Shown here in pieces: positions 51,314 through 64,000 of a DNA stretch of 64,000 nt. Source of the DNA: Epiperipatus broadwayi (taxonomy: Eukaryota > Animalia > Onychophora); NCBI GenBank assembly GCA_028023455.1, contig JAQFVV010000006.1, forward strand, positions 19,902,001 through 19,966,000. Reading direction: 5' to 3'. Made by a program: the position numbers and the translations under genes. A model generated the notes under the pieces. The model saw nothing but the letters and a program-made list of their open reading frames with translations, ran no database searches and was not told the DNA's origin. Position 1 is the stretch's first letter. Every line of letters starts with the position of its first letter.

Positions 51314-54300
51314 GAAGTTCAATCTACCACATGTAGTACTTGAATAATTTATGAACTCCCATTATATTTTTTATATTTATCTATTATTTTTATAATCAAA
51401 TTTATGTCAAAAACTAAAATATTTTTTCTAAAAAGCTTTAAATTTTAAAGTTATCACTAGAAAATATTTCTTGTAAAAATTCTTTTCAATAACAAAAAGG
51501 ATAAAAAATTATCAACTTTAATCAAGATGGAGCCTCCATTTTTGAATACAAAATTAATCAATCAAATGATTTTTTTCTTGGGAGTTCATATGATGTTTAA
51601 GCACCAGAAATAACAGAGCTGAGATCCTAGTATCTTGAATTCCAATGTTCTAGAATTTCACCATTACATGCAGGATGAATATTAATTATATCCTTTCAAA
51701 CTATAATCTAAAGTACTGTTAATCTTTCCAAAAGAACAAGGGCCAAATGGTTTTTGAACCAATTCACAGCTGAGAAAACTAAAAAAATATCAAGTTTGGC
51801 CAACAAAACAAAACTATTGTTCTCACTACGATTGTTAGAGATTTGAATACCACATGACCCACTATGAAACTCGGTATATAATTATTATCAAAATGTTAAT
51901 CCCAAATAATTCTGATGGTTTTCAGCATCATTTGACTAAACCAACATTCAAAAACAAAAATTTCAATGGTACAAAAATGATTATATTTCTAATCACTTAA
52001 ATGGTTACCTTCATTTGAGTATTTCAGACGCCATGTGCTGTTTAATAAAGTGGTTGAATTCAGGAATTATTTTTGATTGAAAGATAAAAAAACAAGTCAA
52101 TTTGTTTAATTAAAAAATTATTCTATCTACTGGTCACTTTTTTCAGTTATTCTGGAGGTAATATAAAATTTGAATATTTCATTATTTTCTGAACAGTTGA
52201 GCATTCTAACCCCTGTCGTGATTTTTTGATTATATGATTTTAAATCAGGAAGAAAATGCAATAATAGATTAGATATATATTAGAGCAATTTTCTGTCTTA
52301 TACATCCCACCAATTCTTCAGATTCTTTGTTTAACCTCTATTTTCTAAGATCTTTAATGCTGTTGAACAAATTGAACTAATTAATAATACAAACAGATCT
52401 TTTATTTGTACAGTAAAGATTCCAACTGAAATTTTTTTTTAATATCAAATGTTCTATTATTTGATAAAAATCACCAACTAACAAGTAGAGATTAATTACC
52501 CTAAGGTGTTGAATCCAAGTTAACTTTCTTGTACGGTTATATAGGTCTAACCCTATGCCAACAACTATATGTTTTAATGAACTCTATTTTATGCTAATTA
52601 GAGGAAGCTTTTAACATATGGCAAGAGCAGTGTATAACTTTGAACTGCTTTTTATTTGACTGACATATTAGAAAGTGAACAGATGGTTTCAAATATTATT
52701 GATCCAACTCTATCATACCCGGTATTGAATTGATAAATGTTCTTTTTTATGAAATAAGTAAAAAAATGTACATCAGTCCCAAACAATTAATAATATTCCC
52801 GGTGAGATTAAATGACATAATTATATTTTCCACACACTGCATACTTTAAGTCATCTAAACTTATACTTGTGATGATAAAGCAATATTTTATTTGAGTTCA
52901 TAGAAAATAGCTTTTTTCCTCAGAAAGAAATGCTTGTTTATAAAAGGTTTAAATAAATGTACTAACCCTTTGATGATGATCATTTACCTTCTATAACTGT
53001 TCATATAATTTGTACTCCAAAAATAAAATAGATAGCAATCAAGATTTGACTGAAAATAGACCAATACTAGAAACTAAATAGAAATTAAGTTTTGCTTAAA
53101 TAGAATTTAAAACAAAAATATAAAGATATTAAAAATTATTACTATTTGCAATAGTTAAGTCTGATAAATAGTGATTACTCCTACAATGCCCTTCTTTGGA
53201 GAAACTTTGGACAGTCCTTTGCCCTGCAATGAACCAGTTAAAGGATATTTGTCATTTGCATTTATCAATATATTTGAACTGTTATATTAAGAATAACAAT
53301 GATAAGATTGTCTAAAATATGGAAGGATAAATATATTTCAAGAAACATCAAATAAAAATTGATCAAAGGTCTAATTTTTTCAATTGCCTCTTATATCACC
53401 CAACACACATAGAAATTCAACATGTCAGAAAAAGATGGATAGATTTGAAATGCAGTGTTATCACAAAATGCTTCCAACTCCTTATGCTTCTCATAAGGCT
53501 AATATGTCTGTCTGAGAAAAACCAATCATTCAGTACTAATTAAGATATCTATAAAGACATACTTTGGATATATGGTAAGGAGATCCAATACTATAAAGAA
53601 GCTTACCATTGAATATAAGATGGAAAATCACTATTCACATTAACATTTTCCAAGGTAATGGGCAGGTAAGATTATGCAATCATAGGTCATGAGTTCCATA
53701 AAATGTTACATATGTCCAAAATCTGAAGTCTGAAAGAACATAATGAAGTGCCTCACATAATGCTACTATACTAGTTCCACAGGGCCTAATCGGATACATG
53801 ATCACAAAAACTATTATAGATTATTGTGTACTCAGTCATGATTATTATTAGGTTATGTGATTGCTTTGCAGTCATGACAATAAGCAACACACAAGAAATG
53901 GTTACACTGACACAAGAGAGACAAAAAAGTGTTACAAAATAATACACATGCTCTAGATCTATTTTCACTCCCCACCCTTGATTCTTATTGTACCTCTCAC
54001 TGTTGAAATAAAAACTTGTATATCTATAAGGTTAACAAAATCGGGCACTGGAGCAAGAGAGATAAAACCATGACAAATCCGGGACGACCAGGACATATGG
54101 ACACACTACAGTATATTCTTCAGAGAATTTTAAATTTGAGATGATAACATATCTGTATTTGGTAGAGATACATACTGTATATTTTAATCGCAATGACTGT
54201 TATTGATCGTTTTTTTAAATCTTTAAAGAATTTAATACCTTTGTTCAAAGATTAAGGAAAAATGACAATCGTAATATCAAAATGATTAATCCCCCCCACC

Positions 54301-56149
54301 CGTTTATTAAATCAAAAAATGAAAATGTAAAAGATTCCATCAAGCTATCATTAGAAAGAAATTGATTCTTGATGGATGGATATGAAATAAAAATGATGAG
54401 ACAGTAAACTTCACAAGTGCTGCAATAAACTTTATTTCGAGATAAACTCAGCAAATGAGCTTCCCACAATGCAACAGTTTAGAAGTGACGATGAGATGTT
54501 TTCATATCATAAACGATATGGAATTAATGATTTTTAAGACAGTAAGTTAAAAACTACTGTTTATCAAAAACTCTAAAGCTCTTCTAATAAATTAATTATT
54601 GCCAAATAAGCTTTCTCACGTTCTCGTCTTTTCCTAATTGAATTTAAAATATTGACTAATCAACGTAAAGCTAATTTAATTACATTTTTAAAAAATAAGA
54701 ATTAAAATAAAATGTCATGAATTATAAATGAGTTTAAAATATCTTTATATTTGTCGTAATGATGATATATATTATACATTAAATTTTATGTTATACTTAA
54801 GGATGTTGTCAATAAAAGAAACTGTCATTATTTTTTATTCCTCGCAAATTATTATGTAGTAATGAAATGAAAATTTAAAAAATCAATTACAGTATAAAAA
54901 ACAACTTTTTAGTTTAAAGTTTCAAAATAAAACTTCAGAATGGTATTTTCATTCAAACGCTCATCTTATCACTTTAGGTGGCTAAGAATTTAGCTCAATG
55001 GTTAATGAATATTTGCAAATAAACGGTTAAGCTTATGTCATCTTAGTTAGTAATAGGTGCATTTATATATAAATTTGTGTGCTGTTTGCAATTGGAATAA
55101 TTTGCTTTTTTACAACAAACTATATAATTTAAATTGCGTGTGTCTACGTATATGAAGATAATATTCAGGTTATTGACATGATTATTATACACAGATGTTT
55201 TGATCACGTGCTATTACCTGGATAATATAGTAGTGGTTGCTATTAGTAGGTATTAACATAGACACTACTATTGGAAACAGATTACTTGTATTTGTCTTGA
55301 GGTTCAACTTAAATTATTTTACTCATTCAAAAACTTAAAAGGAATCAGATTTTGTGTCGATAAAAAACATTGAAACTTAAGTGGTCCAGTGATAGAGTGT
55401 CAAATAATATTCTCAAATTAATTCAGTTCTGGCATATCCAGTACTTGAACTTGTTATGAATCCCAAAGCAATAAAACCGTTTATTCATTAACTTTTTACA
55501 ATCTGATCTCACAGATTATTGTATGATTTTAAGATAATATCCAAAATAGGTAGAGTAAATAATGCTGGTGAAAATACTTTATTTTACTTTCTTTAACATT
55601 TTTTTTTCAAGTGCTGATCTAGTAATTGCACATGCACACATAAGAAGTATAACAAATTGCTCAAAGGCCTTGAGAGGAAGTGATTTGTGATATAATATTG
55701 TTTTTTTTTCTTCATCTATTTGCTAATGAAAAGTATTTTTGAAATATTTCAGAGTCTTCAGTAGAAAAGAATATAAATTGAATGATGCAACTTAATTCAT
55801 CACATGTTGGAAACATTTAATGTATGATGACTCCGTGGAAAATCACCCTGCAGAAAACAGCTAATCTTAACACAAATTTCTTTTAACTTTTATTAAACAT
55901 TTCATTTAATATTCAAGATTTTAAATAATACAATGAGTTTGACTTGACTTCTTGTTGCTCATTTAGCCATGTGAAAATGAGGCATTCATAATTAAAATAT
56001 TGATTGAAGCTATAACTGGTTACATCATCTAAGTTAAAATACTGTTACATTGTGGGAGATTGATGGCTCCTAGGCAGATAATTAGAATTTGTTTGATTTG
56101 AAATACATAAATTGAATTGCATCAATTCAATTACCTTCTATACACTTAG

Positions 56150-56365
56150 AAGTATTGGATACATAGATAAATAGGTAGGTGGATAGGTAGGTGGGTGGGC
56201 AGATAGATGGGTTCATAGATATGCAGAAAAACATAGATAGATATAGATAGACAGACATATATATATATATATAGATAGACATATAGATAGATAAATAGAT
56301 AAACAGACAGATGGACAGTTAGATAGATAGAGACAGATAGACAGGTTGGTAGATAGATAGACAAA
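56150..56365. repeat. Compound (GATA/GACA/GGTA)n microsatellite
   Basis: Imperfect tetranucleotide run; explains ORF 56146..56364. Confidence 0.95.
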
Positions 56366-57289
56366 ATGTAATTGGGTGGAAATGAAGTTAAATTATTAGG
56401 AAGGTGAATTCAATAAACTTATTCATTTTCTTCAATTCATTACATAAGATATTAGATTAATTAATAGACAATTTAGCATATGTATGAATTAAATTATAAG
56501 TTAGGAATGCTAAGTAAGTAAAGCTTAAGAATAAAAGTTTTTATTGTCTTAGCTGAGCAGCTTGATATCTTAATCTTTTTACTTTCAAAATTAAAACTTT
56601 ATTTACACCTTAGAGTAGATACAAGATAAATCAATGATAACATAAAATTAGGTCAATTAGAAAGTTTCAATGAATACATATAAATGTGGTATGCAAACCA
56701 TGTATATGCAAAAATCAAAAGTTGTATTAGATCAATAACATAGTCTCAAGAGCTGCATAAGAAAATTATGATAGGTAAATTAATGAAAGTATGAAAGAAA
56801 CATAAATAAAAAATAAAAATAAAATCAAAGATTACACTAATGCCTTAAGGCAGTACATCATATGTATAATTTGCTAGGGATATAAAGTAAGTCAAACTTA
56901 TATATAAGGTTTAGAAATTCCATTGATTAATGACTATCTTGGCCCAAAGGCCAATGAGAACCATAACAATATTTACAAGTTGATATATAAAAAGGACTAT
57001 TGAGAATCATTAATTAGGATATATAGGTAAATTAATTATACAGTATGGAACTAATGCAAAATTTATGTATTAATTACATAGAGTGTATGAAAAATCTACA
57101 TAATTAAAGTTTAAATTATTATTAGATGAAAGATGGGATGTATTATTCATTCAGTGGGAGAAAGTTCAAGTCTTAGACCTAAGAATTACTTGAATTAAGT
57201 CTATAGTTCATCTGGCTCCAGGTTTGGTCAGTTAACCAAGGCTGACAAGTTTGTTTATCCTCATCTTTTATCTTGTAGAGGGACTTAAA

Positions 57290-57861
57290 AAAATCAATTA
57301 ACCACTGAGTCATCACAGCCATGATCAAATATCATGCTACATCTGGCGGTCCAAATTGAGAAGTTAATGAAAGTGGCCAGTCTTATTGTTTTGAATTGAC
57401 CCTTTTTAATTGCGGCCTTAAGAGAAATGTTAGCTGGATCATTGCCATTTATCTGGTCTAATGCTATATTTCGGAGGTAAGTCAATGAACCACATTGATT
57501 CAGAATGTGGTCAATGAACTTTTCCTATTTTTGCAGAGGGGGCAAAGGGGATTGATATTGTAACCCCTTTGGTTGTGGAGAAAGGCCCCGATGGGGAGTG
57601 CTCCAAGGAAAAATCGACAAATCTTGGACTCGATTTGATGAATTTTGTTAATTTGAAAAATTGAGAGATTCTTATAGGGAGTATATTAACATATTTAGTT
57701 TTTTCAGGAAACATTAATCGATTAATTTCCCAATATGATAATTTCTCCTGGAAAAGGGAACCTGACAACTGGAAATTTTGAATAACCAATGGAACTTGCT
57801 TTTGTAACCAAATGCTTGATATTATACTCATAGCAATAACTAGTTGATAAGAAAGTTGCAA
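57290..57861 (-). pseudogene. Frameshifted coding relic, possibly the C-terminus of an L1/Tx1-type retrotransposon ORF2
   Basis: Two ORFs joined by one frameshift near 57525; SIWLQKQVPLVIQNF ... PF..GVTISIPFA..K(W)EKF ... INFSIWTARC resembles the region around the C-terminal zinc finger; weak. Confidence 0.35.
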
Positions 57862-59400
57862 TCTTAATTCATGAGATCTTGTAAATTACTGATATTCCTA
57901 AATTAAAATTAGTTTAATAGTATGCTCTCATGTCATTCCATCTTTATTATAAATTCTCCCTTTAAAAGCATCTATATACTGATAAAAACTCAAGCAACCA
58001 TTAATTTTAATAATATTAAAATAGAGATTACTCATTGTGTATTGTCTTTTCATTTACTTAGATTATTTTCAAAATATACAAAATCTCTTCTGACACCAAG
58101 GAATAAAGGAAATCCATCACTCAAATCGTTATAAGCTTTCATTTGCAGACATTGCTGGAAATAAAGAATGGAAATTATATTTTATCCTATTAAATATGAC
58201 ATAATTAATGATTTATGCTGTTTTTAATAAGACTAATATAGAATTTCCACTGTTGATTTCCAGTAAATAAAGCTTCCAAGGATTGAAAGCTTAACGGATT
58301 CATTCTAATCTTTATTATTTGATGACGTATAATTATTGCTTATTCGTTTATAGACAGCCGTTTGAAATGCATAAATGAACTTCACATTAGTTATTAATTT
58401 ACAAGTAATGACTTAAAATACTTATTATTATCATTACTTTTAATTTAAGGTATTTGAAAATATGTTTGTCTTATCTTTTAAGACCGAATTGAGAAAGCAA
58501 ACTCATTTAAGACCATAATTTACCAGTGCATTTATAATCGAATCTCCCTTAATTTTTCCTTTCGTTCTTATTTTCAGTATTAGATGTTCATGAAGACCCA
58601 CAGACCACTGGAATCTAGGCTGGCTAGATCAGACATCTAAAATGATGTAAGTCTATTTGGAGCCTGATTTAAAACGCATAGCATGCATTTAGCAAATAAA
58701 TATGCTAATCACTATAGCGCAAAATTTTCATTACATGCATATATTTAAATCTATAATTAATGCCTATTGGCTTGAGACTTTTATATGCTAGCTAAAAATC
58801 TCTAGATATCTATTTACCAATCGATACTAGAAATGTTCATGATACAGTGGTAGCACTCTGTCTCCAATGCCCATGGCGTAACTCTAATTGTGACCGACAA
58901 GACAGTTTTTATTTTATTTTATAGATGACTCATTGTCACTCCAATTGTCCATCAGATATTGATTGTTAAAAGAATAATATAATAGTTCTTCTTAGCTAGA
59001 AGATAATAATAAAAAAACAGTTCTTATCTTTATTACTAAACAAATGGCCAAATTGTTAGTAATGCCTTCTTTGTTTTCACTGGTATGCAATAAACTAAAG
59101 ACTGATTTACTTTCTTCTTTTTTTTTTGTTTTTTTTTATAGGATCGACATCAGCTATCTGAAAAAAAATCAGTCTGCTTGTGATCTAAAGAGATTAAAAT
59201 ATTTTTTTGGCAGCTGGATACAAAGCCTAGATTGTAAAAATAATAAGCACGTGTAGGTAATCATAACACTACAAACTTTTTAATTCATATATTATTACAT
59301 TTAACCATTACAAGCATAAAGCTAAACTAGTCAATAAATAATTAAAATTTATCCCAAATCCAAAGTTCAAACAGACTAACCAAGACAAAACTAAATTAAA

Positions 59401-59444
59401 ACACAACCAAAGGTTTCACTGCTACAAGAAGACTTCTCAAGTGT
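59401..59444 (-). ncRNA. Variant hammerhead in the 3' pLTR
   Basis: ACAC-TTGAGAA-GT-CTTCT(tgt)AGCAG-T-GAAA-CC(ttt)GG-TT-GTGT. Confidence 0.55.
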
Positions 59445-61329
59445 AAAGAACTATAAAAACTATATATATATATATATTAGACATTAACCACAAATCCATT
59501 TACTTCCCATCCACCCTTAATATTAAAAAAACTCAAGTTAATTGCTTCAGAATAATAAATTTTCAATAATAAAGATTCTTTAATTCTTTTTTTTATTTCA
59601 TTTCTCTCAAAAAAGACAACCTTAACTTCATCAAAATTAATAGTATGGCCTGTATCTTTTTCATGGACATACAAAGCAGAACTAAAATATTTATTTCTAT
59701 GAACCTTTATTCTTTCATTAATTTCAAACTACTCTGACCTATGTAAACCTTCTTACAAAAACAAGGGATAAAACACATTACACCAGGAATAGTTCTATCA
59801 AAAATTTCCTTTGTATTATTTAATAAAAATTATTCAAAGTAATACTCCTTTTCCAAGCAATTTTCTTATTTCCAAAGAAATTGATATTCTTACATACAAT
59901 TTTATAAGAAGACAATTTAAATGGCAAAGAAATAAAATCATTTTTCTTTATCCTTTACATCCTTATAAATATTACTATTAAATAAAATACTTGTAACAAA
60001 TTTATCAGAGTAGCCAAAACTCAAATACTCTTTATAAAATTGACCTTTCTGAAACAAAGCTACCCCACTACAATTATTTAATTTTTTATTCCTACAACAA
60101 TAATTTCTTAAAGTAGCGCTTTATGAGATACAGACTGATAGCAATCAGGTTTAATTATAGATCTTAATTCTTTACTTTTAACAAAATGACTGCACAATAA
60201 ACAATTAGTTTCTACATTTCTAATCACCAAAAGATCCTAAAAATTTGAACTTAACAAAATCTAACCCGCCTCCTTCTAACATATATCTTATAGAAGGATC
60301 AAAATAGTTAAACTCATTTAAAAATTCGTTCAATTTATCATTCTCAACTACAAACAAATAATCTTCACAAACTAAAGGAGAAATAATATAACATATTATC
60401 CACCCTTCCTTAATTTTATAAAAATTACTCTTTATAAGTAAAATACATAAAATCCTCCAATAATAAAAGCAAATCTTTAATTACTTTAATTTTATTTTTT
60501 GATAAAGAACCTTGCTTAACCAACACAGACATAAGAACATCAATACAGCATAACCTATTAACAGACTGATACATATTCTCAATATCTAAACTGCCAAATA
60601 CCCAATCACTTTCTATTTTAAAAATATTAATCTTATCAAAAGCCTCAAAAAAAAGAAGAAACTGTATAATGACCAAAATCAACAAATTATTTAAAAAAAT
60701 TATTCAACAATCTAGAATTACCCTCCTACAACACTACCTGTAAAATAAAAAAGGAAAACCATCTTTATGAGTCTTAATATTCACAACATCTTAGCTGATG
60801 AGAAATCATTTAGATAACATTTTAAATAATCTATTCTATTAAAAAATTTGAAGTTTACCATTTTCTTCATACTTTCTTTTAATCACATTACCTGGATCTT
60901 TATCTAAAAACATATATTTACCATTATTTAATTCTCTATCCATTTCCTCCCTGAACTCATCTCCTTTCATAATGACAAACCAACGAGCTTTGTCTTCACA
61001 AGAAATGATCACATCATTAGCAATTAATCTATTCTTAAGATGTCTAACCACAGCCAGATTAACAATAAATTTTTCTTTCCTTTTTAAGCTTTTATTTAAA
61101 ACCAATTGAATGCCAACTTTCTGCTCATAACTCAAATTACTAGATTCAGTCTTTTTTGAGAGAAATGAAATAAAAAAAAGAATTAAAGAATCTTTAGTAT
61201 TGAAAATTTATTATTCTGAAGCAATTAATTTATTTAAGAGTTCTTTTAATATTAAGGGTGGATGGGAAGTAAATGGATTTGTGGGTAATGTTTAATATTA
61301 TATATATGGTGTAGTGTTTGTAGTTCTTT

Positions 61330-61373
61330 ACATTTGAGAAGTCTGCTTGTAGCAGTGAAACCTTTGGTTGTGT
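61330..61373 (+). ncRNA. Variant hammerhead in the inverted pLTR
   Basis: ACAT-TTGAGAA-GT-CTGCT(tgt)AGCAG-T-GAAA-CC(ttt)GG-TT-GTGT; perfect stem II, non-canonical core. Confidence 0.6.
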
Positions 61374-61559
61374 TTTAATTAATTTTCTTTTTCTTGGCTA
61401 ATTTGGTTGAATTTTGGGTTTGGGGTAATTTTAATTATTATTACGTTTATATATCTGCATCCTAAAAAAAGTTCATTGCTTTATGATGAATCTGGTTCAA
61501 GATTTTTGGAAAATATATATCACATGATTTATTTATCGCATGATTTATTTATATATCAC

Positions 61560-62030
61560 ATGATTTATTTATCTTATGCTTGTGTATAACTGTTGTTAAA
61601 ACAGGCAAAACTCACTATACGTATTGCCACACACAGCAAGCTAGAGTAATCAATGGATGCCAGAAGGCTTGTGCATAAAATCCCCATCTAGTGTCTACTC
61701 ATCCAATATCCCCAGACTAATTTCTGGCTTATGGCCTTCATCAGTGAGGAGCCTTGGATCTGAGAGCACTGCACCTAGATCTTAGAATCTAATGCAACCT
61801 TCCAGCAACCACCTTTTATCTCCATTTAACTACAAAACTATGAGTCTTAAATTGAAAATACTTTAATGTTTTCAATCCAAGCCCATAAGCCAGAAACTAG
61901 TCTGAGGATATTGGATGAGTAGGCACTAGATGGGGATTTTATGCAAAGCCTTCTGGCATCCATTGATTACCTTAGCTTGCTGTGTGTGGCAATCCGTATA
62001 GTGAGTTTTGCCTGTTTTAATGATTTATTT
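61560..62030. mobile_element. Family F copy 3, about 135-bp arms, 11-bp flanking direct repeat
   Basis: Inverted arms about 61596-61733 and 61883-62020; ATGATTTATTT at 61560-61570 and 62020-62030. Confidence 0.9.
61710..61749 (-). ncRNA. Minimal type I hammerhead, intact core
   Basis: CCTCA-CTGATGA-A-GGC(cataa)GCC-A-GAAA-TTAG-TC-TGGGG; other copies read GAAACTAGTC (ACTAGT palindrome, GUC triplet). Confidence 0.8.
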
Positions 62031-63529
62031 GTATTGACTTATGATTGTTGAATATGAGAGATAATAAAATAAAATATTTAAAAAACAAGTTCTATATTAC
62101 ATTAAGCTACAACATTTTAAATAATATTAGGTATATCCTGCCCAATCATAAAAGACTATCTACTCTTACTTCAGTTAATGTTTGCATTGTACTATAGTAG
62201 TATCTTTTATGTTTGTAGTCAGTGTACACATTTATCATCTAAGCAAACTTGTGAGCTTTGCCCTGTAGCTAAGAATGATTAAATAACCCTTTACAGACAA
62301 TTTTTTAGTGACTAGCTATATAAATGACAAAAATACTAAGCCTGTTTGGGATCTAAAATTATATTCCAGACACGGATTAACTCCTCATATTGTGAGCATG
62401 ATGGGCAGATGCTTTAATTCCTACTCCATAATGTCCTTACAAATAATATTTGTTCTAAATTTCTTATTTCTGTTTACCTCTCTATAAAAGCAACAAGTGA
62501 ATCCACATTTGAATTTCAAAATAAACAACAGAAAACTGTTTTATTTTTGGATTTAATTAAGTAATGTAAATAAACAAATAAGAAAAACGATAATGCAATA
62601 AAATAATTAAGCAGTTTAAATTAATGCGGAAACTTTTTAACATTATAAATACTGAACCATTTTTAACCCTTAATCACCCGAATGTTTATAGATTTACATA
62701 TTGTGATTCTTCTGATGCTAAAGGACAATTTTATAGCATCTTTGTAGAATAAATCAACGATAGAGGAAAAACTTTTCAAAATTATTGCAAAGTATTATAG
62801 AATTATAAAACCTATTGAAATGATAATCTTTCAATCCCTTACCATTTCATCATCAATATGATTTCCTACCCATCTATGCTAGGTTCAAACCTTATTAAAA
62901 TGAGCACTAAAAATATACTACCATAGCTACTTGTACAGCATTATATATGTACATATGAACAACCACTGCAAATAGATAGGATATTACTTATTATAGTATA
63001 TACATTTTGTGTATCATTAAAAAAATGTTTCTATTACAGAGTTAATATTAAAAAGTCAATTTATTAATATTTATTATTATAGATTTGTATGTAGATGTAT
63101 AATCCAACCCATATTGTTATACAATTTATATAGGGTGGCAAACTTGGCCATTACACTATATGAATTTGTACTCATCCAGTTCTGAAATGTATATTGTGAG
63201 CAATCAGTAGAATCCAGGCTTCCTACCCAGTGTGGTTCTATTTATAATTCTTATAAAAATTTATTAAAGACGGTTGCTGATATATAGCACAGATGAGTTT
63301 AAAACTTGAATATTAATTTTTTTAAATCTAATGCAATCTTCATTAGACAACCATTGTTTACTCTTTCTAATACTATCAAATTAACAGTCCAAAATTTTAA
63401 AAATATTTTTGTTTCAAATAGAAGCCAATTTGTTTTTATAGTTGGGTATGTGGTTAGGAGAACACTGGATAGGGATTTAACAAGTGCTATCAAAAACATA
63501 TATTAATTACTCAAGTTTACAATAGGTGG

Positions 63530-64000
63530 CAGTACTGGAGAATTTTTATTGGGAGATATTAAGTGTGGCAAATAGATATAGCTATTTTAGAATTATTTTA
63601 AGTAATCAGAAAAATTATTTGGATGAATGAGAGAAAAAATTGATAAATCCCAAGCAAAGAAAAGAAAGAAATTGATAAAGAAATTAACAGTGTTTTCATA
63701 TAATAAATATGATGTAGCTAGAATTATATGGAAAGGACTTGCAGTAGCAGGGTTAACATATGGTAATAAGGCATTATGCGTTAGTAAAGGGGTATTAAAT
63801 TACTTAGAAAAAGTTCAAAGGGAATTAGGAAGACATGCATTGGATGCAGATGTATTGACAGCAAGAGAGGCAATTCAAGGAGAAATGGGATGGTCAAGTT
63901 TTCATATGAGAGATGCAAAAAGTAAAATGAAAATGTTTGGTATATTGCAGCTTATGGATAATAAAAGAATAAACAAAATAGTATTTAATTGGGTTATGAC
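63530..64000 (+). mobile_element. Non-LTR retrotransposon RT C-terminal region, runs off the window
   Basis: Y.YF/LG-like motif then IIWKGLAVAGLTYGNKAL...LEKVQRELGR.AL...EAIQGEMGWSSF.MRDAKSK; open from 63627 to the end. Confidence 0.8.

Larger units (their letters stand above)
59337..61439 (-). mobile_element. Near-full-length Penelope-like element (RT + GIY-YIG) with inverted pLTR
   Basis: DKARWFVIM..DKDP (N-terminus), IKTHKDGFP, SLDIENMYQSV (RT), IPCFCKKVYIGQS and GHTINFDEV..KKRIKESL (GIY-YIG); 59337-59617 is the reverse complement of 61149-61439. Confidence 0.92.

Noticed and set aside
54075-54110. CCGGGACG..GGACATATGGACAC, like a hAT/MITE terminus
   Set aside because: No matching opposite terminus found.
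63240-63515. Possible third PLE RT-thumb fragment (VNNGC)
   Set aside because: Too degenerate to call confidently.

Overview
AT-rich (roughly three quarters A+T by eye), CpG-depleted metazoan DNA, probably intronic or intergenic in an invertebrate. No intact protein-coding gene is recognisable, only a few candidate isolated exons. The window is dominated by decayed retroelements: five pieces of one RTE-clade LINE family (one nested in a second RTE-type LINE with a 9-bp TSD), a near-full-length Penelope-like element (PLE: RT + GIY-YIG) with an inverted pLTR, a second PLE fragment, a Merlin/IS1595-like transposase relic, tRNA-derived SINE heads and microsatellites. The unexpected signal is about a dozen local fold-back (inverted-duplication) insertions from many unrelated sequence families. 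Most carry a minimal type I hammerhead ribozyme (stem I - CUGANGA - stem II - GAAA - palindromic stem III - NUH) with 3' ends pointing outward. The best case is a 595-bp palindrome of two tRNA-head + hammerhead units inserted into a PLE with a 15-bp direct repeat. A second family couples a hammerhead to a downstream tRNA-like B box. Both look like PLE-mobilised, ribozyme-bearing SINE/retrozyme-like elements. All calls come from reading the sequence by hand; no database search or folding program was run.
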